Positions 63,859 to 64,000 of a stretch of 64,000 bases of DNA are shown here, in pieces; positions within the stretch are counted from its first letter, which is position 1; every line of letters starts with the position of its first letter. Origin of the DNA: an uncultured Nitrososphaerota archaeon (GTDB lineage: Archaea; Thermoproteota; Nitrososphaeria; Nitrososphaerales; CADDZS01); assembly GCA_963799845.1 (NCBI GenBank), contig CAWCYI010000004.1, positions 224,001-288,000 of the forward strand. The letters run 5' to 3'. Position numbers and translations under genes: made by a program. The notes beneath the pieces are model-generated. The model made no database searches. It saw nothing but the letters and a program-made list of their open reading frames with translations, and was not told the DNA's origin.

Positions 63859-64000
63859 GTCGGCACATAGCGTTCTCGACAATCGTCGAGTTGATCACTT
63901 CGTATTGGATTTTCGAGTTTTCGAGGATGTTCTGAAAATTTTAAACGCTATACCAGATCTTTGCTCGAGAGTCTTACGTATGCAGAACTGAATTTTCTCT

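Overview
Archaeal chromosomal window. A TACK archaeon, probably a non-ammonia-oxidising Nitrososphaerota, is inferred from frequent TTG/GTG starts, an HTH_10 regulator, archaeal pilin-like domains and gene content; no marker gene is present. The left half (1-31.2 kb) is a mosaic island. It holds a HerA-like ATPase, a Holliday-junction-resolvase-like nuclease and a GTPase / GAP1-like-TIR / SLATT operon that looks like a defence system. It also holds a 5.2-kb casposon-like element: stand-alone Cas1 with a C-terminal HTH, 127-bp terminal inverted repeats and a 13-bp target-site duplication, but no PolB and a small AEP-primase-like gene instead. A second, related element remnant follows it in tandem. 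Next come an oligopeptide ABC operon bracketed by tRNA-like scars, a cobalt-type nitrile hydratase operon and a ParB/RHH/Mrr_N element remnant. The right half is mostly metabolic and accessory: metY-metX-metW, LLM oxidoreductase, GH84, CE4 deacetylase, polyprenyl synthase, S9 peptidase, ABC exporter, PhzF, DMT, Ada, MOSC proteins and an acetamidase. Nine frameshifts sit directly beside AGCT, which suggests methylation-linked long-read base-calling errors rather than true pseudogenes. All calls come from reading motifs by eye; no database searches were run.
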